Shown here piece after piece: positions 60,710-64,000 of a DNA stretch of 64,000 nucleotides. The DNA is from Lama guanicoe. Lineage: Eukaryota. The position numbers and the translations under genes were made by a program. Each line of letters begins with the position of its first letter. Within the stretch, counting starts at the first letter, position 1. The stretch covers positions 9,259,352 to 9,323,351 of the forward strand of contig MU053934.1 of assembly GCA_013239625.1 (NCBI GenBank), given 5' to 3'. The notes beneath the pieces were generated by a model that was given only the letters and a program-made list of their open reading frames with translations, was not told where the DNA came from and did no database searches.

Positions 60710-62950
60710 TGTGCTTGGTCAAAACCTTTTGCCCATTTCTTCATGGGTTACCTTTTTATAGTTTATTTAAAAGAGATCTTTATATATTCTAGGTAGACTT
60801 TCTTTGTCGGCTACATGTGTTGCTGGTATTTTTTTCCCTCACCCTATGACTTACCTTGTCATTCTCTTTGTAGTTTCTTTTGATTAACAGAACTTGTAGT
60901 CAAATTTATCACTTTTTCTTTATGGTTAGTTTTTTGAGTTCATATCTTGTTAAAGAAATGTTTTCATGCCCTCAGGTCATCATGAAAATCTGTATTACCT
61001 TCTGAATATTTTATATTTTTGCATCTCATATTTAGGCCTGTGGTTTACTAGGAGTTGATGTTTGCATGTGGTGTGAATTAGGGGTCTATCTCTACGTTTT
61101 CCCACATGGGCACATGGTTGCCCCAACCCAGTTACTGAAAAGAACCCACGTGCCCCCTGTAGTGCCGCTTCCACCGTAAGTCAGGTGTGTGGATGTGTAC
61201 TTGTCTGTGTTTGGGCTGTTTTCTTTTCCATTGATCTCTGTCCCTGTACCAGTACCACCATCTTCGGTACCGTCACACAAGACACTTACTAAGGTGTCTT
61301 GATATCAGTCGAGTGAGTCCTTCCAGCTTATTCCTTCTTTTTTATAAGTGTTATGGCTATTTTTGGTGGTTTGTATTTCCCCATAAAAGTTTTTAGAACC
61401 AGCCAGCCAAATTCTACACATTCACACTGTGCTTATGTGCACACACGTGTACATACACACATGTGCAGACGTGAAATCACCACCAACTAAAACAAGTTAA
61501 AGTCCTCACGCATCGAGCTGTTTGTTGAAACTGCATTGTCTAAAATCAATTTAATGAGAAGTGACGTCTAAACAATACTGAGTCTTCCAACTCATGCGCA
61601 CGGTATGTGTGTCCGTTTACTTAGAGTTATTGCTTTCCAGCTTAACATTCCTTTCTGTGTATCTAGGGGGCTCCACTGCATGGAATGTAGTATGTATTAT
61701 TTTTGTTATCATCCATTTAAAGTGTTTTCTAATTTCAGGTATTATTTTTTGACCCATGGATTATTTAGAAATTCATTTCTTAATTTCTGAGCAAATACAG
61801 ATTTCCTGGTTGTCTTTTGGAGACTGATTTCTAACAGAAAGTGTTATGATCAGAGAGCACATACGTGGTGTTCTCTGTCCTGTGAAACTTACCAAGACTT
61901 TATGGTCAGTTTTTGCAACTGTTCTGTGTGTGCTTGAAAATCACGTCTGTTCTCCAGTAGTGGAGTACAGTATTTTATACATGCACATCAGGTCAGGTTT
62001 GTAAAATTTTGTCATTTTTAGCGATATTTTTGTCTACTTTGGTTTATCAGTTGCAGAGAGATATTTTAAAATACAAGCCTATGATGATAGATTTGTCTAA
62101 ATTTCTCCTTTTAGTTATATAAAACTTTTTTTAATATATTTTGAGACAGTATTATTAGATTAAAGTGTATAATAGATCTTGAGAAATGTCCTGTTGTCAT
62201 TATAAACTGGCCCTCTATATCTCTATAACTGCTTTTTACCTAATACTAACATGCCTACTCTAGCTCACTTTTGGTTGGTATTTACACGGAATAACCTTTT
62301 TCAGTCCTTTTGTTTTCAATCTTTCTGTACCAGAGGTGTTTGTTGTAAATAGCAGAGTTGATTTTTTCTTAATCTAGTTTCTCTGCCTTTTAGCTGTCAC
62401 CATTAGCCTGTTTATATTTAATGTAATTATTGGTCTATTTATACTTAAGCTGCTCTCTTTTCCTTCCTGGTTTATTTTTTTTCTCTCTCTCTTGCTTTCT
62501 TTTGGATTGACTGTTTTATATAATTCAGTTTTTGTCTTTTTCTAGAAGTTTGAAAGGTTTTTTTTATTCTTTTTTTTTCTGTTCTGTTAATAGTTCCCTG
62601 GGAAAACACAATATGCATTGACTTGACTTAAGGACAATCTAATTTTTCTCAGACTTTCCCCCTTCCCAGACAATACAGGACTACTTAGCACCCCCCATTT
62701 ACATGCTATTGTTGTTGTATATTTTTTTTGTTGTTTTTCCAACTCCATAAAATGTTACTGTTGTAGTTCTATAAAGTCAACGTTCACTTAGGCTTCTCCA
62801 CATAGTTACTACTTTCCCTGCCTTTCACCTCTTCCTGTAGCTCTTCTGTCCATCTGGGACCGTTTTCCTTCTTCCTGAAGACCTTCTTTTAGAATTTCTT
62901 TAAAAGTAAGTCCACTGACGAGGAACTAATTGAGTTTGTTGGAAAGTGTG
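60290..62950 (-). mobile_element. Old antisense L1 fragments (ORF2, several pieces)
   Basis: gatgaggctgagcatcttctcaagtgtttacttgccgtttggat, aacaatactgagtcttccaactcatg, tttttgacccatggattatttagaa, tatgatcagagagcacatac. Confidence 0.7.
60671..60708 (+). repeat. Compound microsatellite (TG)10(AG)9
   Basis: Directly read: 20 bp of TG repeat followed by 18 bp of AG repeat. Confidence 0.95.
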
Positions 62951-63094
62951 TGCCTGAGACCAGCATTTTGTTGGGATAGCTACAGATCTCAATATTTTAA
63001 TATGTATACTTTCACTTAATTCCAGTATTTCCAGCATTCTATCTGCACCCTCTGCATCTGGTATCCTCCATGCCAGAGTGTCTTCTGTTTTGCC

Positions 63095-64000
63095 CTTTTT
63101 GTTGGATGGATTTGGGACATATTCTGGAGAGAGAATCAACAAAACTTATGACGCTTTAGAGGCTGGAGAATGAAAAAGAAACAGCATCACGAGTGGCTCC
63201 CAGGTTTCTGACCTGAGGTGGGTGGAGACATTCCCCCATTTATTGAGAAAGACAGGGGACAGTTTCAAAGGAGAATATCAGTGGATGAATGTGTTCATCA
63301 GCTTCTTCATTTGCATGTGGTCACCAGTCACCCTGTACTGTCCACATCAGTGGATGTTTTACAGTTCTCATCACATTGAAACTCAGTTCAACAGAATTAA
63401 TCACTTGCTCCTTAACATAAGGGTTTTTTCTTGGCTTTCATGAGAGTACCTTCTCTTGGTTTTCTTCACATCTTCCCGGCTCCTCCTCCTCATTCTCCTT
63501 TGTTACTTCCTCTTCTGCACAACTGTTGAATGTTGGAGTGCTCCTTGACACCCCGAGCTCAGAAACTCTTCTCATCCTGCGTTTTCTCCCTAAGGAATCC
63601 CACCCGCTTATTCCTTTGTTCTTTCATTCATTCGGTATTTGTGGAACACCTGTTACGTCCCGGACACTATTCTGGGCCCCTAGAACGACGGAATCCTGCA
63701 GGGAGGCTGTTGCCATCACCCAGGCGAGAGATGACAGTGGCTCAGGTCAGGCTGGCAACCCTGAAGATGGGGGAGTGAAGTTGTATTCTGGGCATTCTTA
63801 CGGCTTTGAATATCATTTGTTCTCCTGTGTCTCCAAATTTGATATCTAGACAGACCTCTCTGCTGAGTCTCAGATTTATGTCTCCCAACATCCTGCTTAG
63901 CATTGCTTGTATATCTTATCGACGTTCCAAACCTAGCACGTCCAGAGTTAAACCATACATACCTCTGCAGAATTGTCCCCCATCTTTCTCAGTAAATGGG
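63095..64000. mobile_element. L2 fragments in both orientations
   Basis: ggctcccaggtttctgacctgag (antisense); ttctcttggttttcttc and cagacctctctgctgagtctcagatt...ccaaacctagcacgtccagagttaaac (sense). Confidence 0.65.

Overview
Mammalian genomic DNA, most likely a camelid (alpaca, camel or llama), judged from a Vic-1-type tRNA-derived SINE and camelid-style L1 ends recognised from memory. The window is an internal part of the ataxin-10 gene (ATXN10) on the + strand. It holds three coding exons, equivalent to human exons 8 (4469-4577), 9 (6090-6259) and 10 (57910-57973), which join in frame. It also spans the whole ~51.6 kb intron 9, which carries the SCA10 ATTCT repeat in humans; I saw no such repeat here. 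The intron after exon 10 begins GTATCCTT, the signature of a minor-spliceosome (U12-type) intron. The rest is intronic: layered L1, L2, MIR, MaLR and hAT relics plus several unique AT-rich blocks that may be enhancers. Nearly all ORF-track entries are spurious. I found no convincing new multi-gene system. The most notable items are the U12 donor, a clean 385-bp TG...CA solo LTR with a 5-bp TSD nested in an old L1, short tracts of strongly AT-to-GC-shifted L1 sequence (possible fossil gene-conversion hotspots), and a candidate intronic polyadenylation isoform after exon 9. Repeat subfamily names are from recall and their boundaries are approximate.
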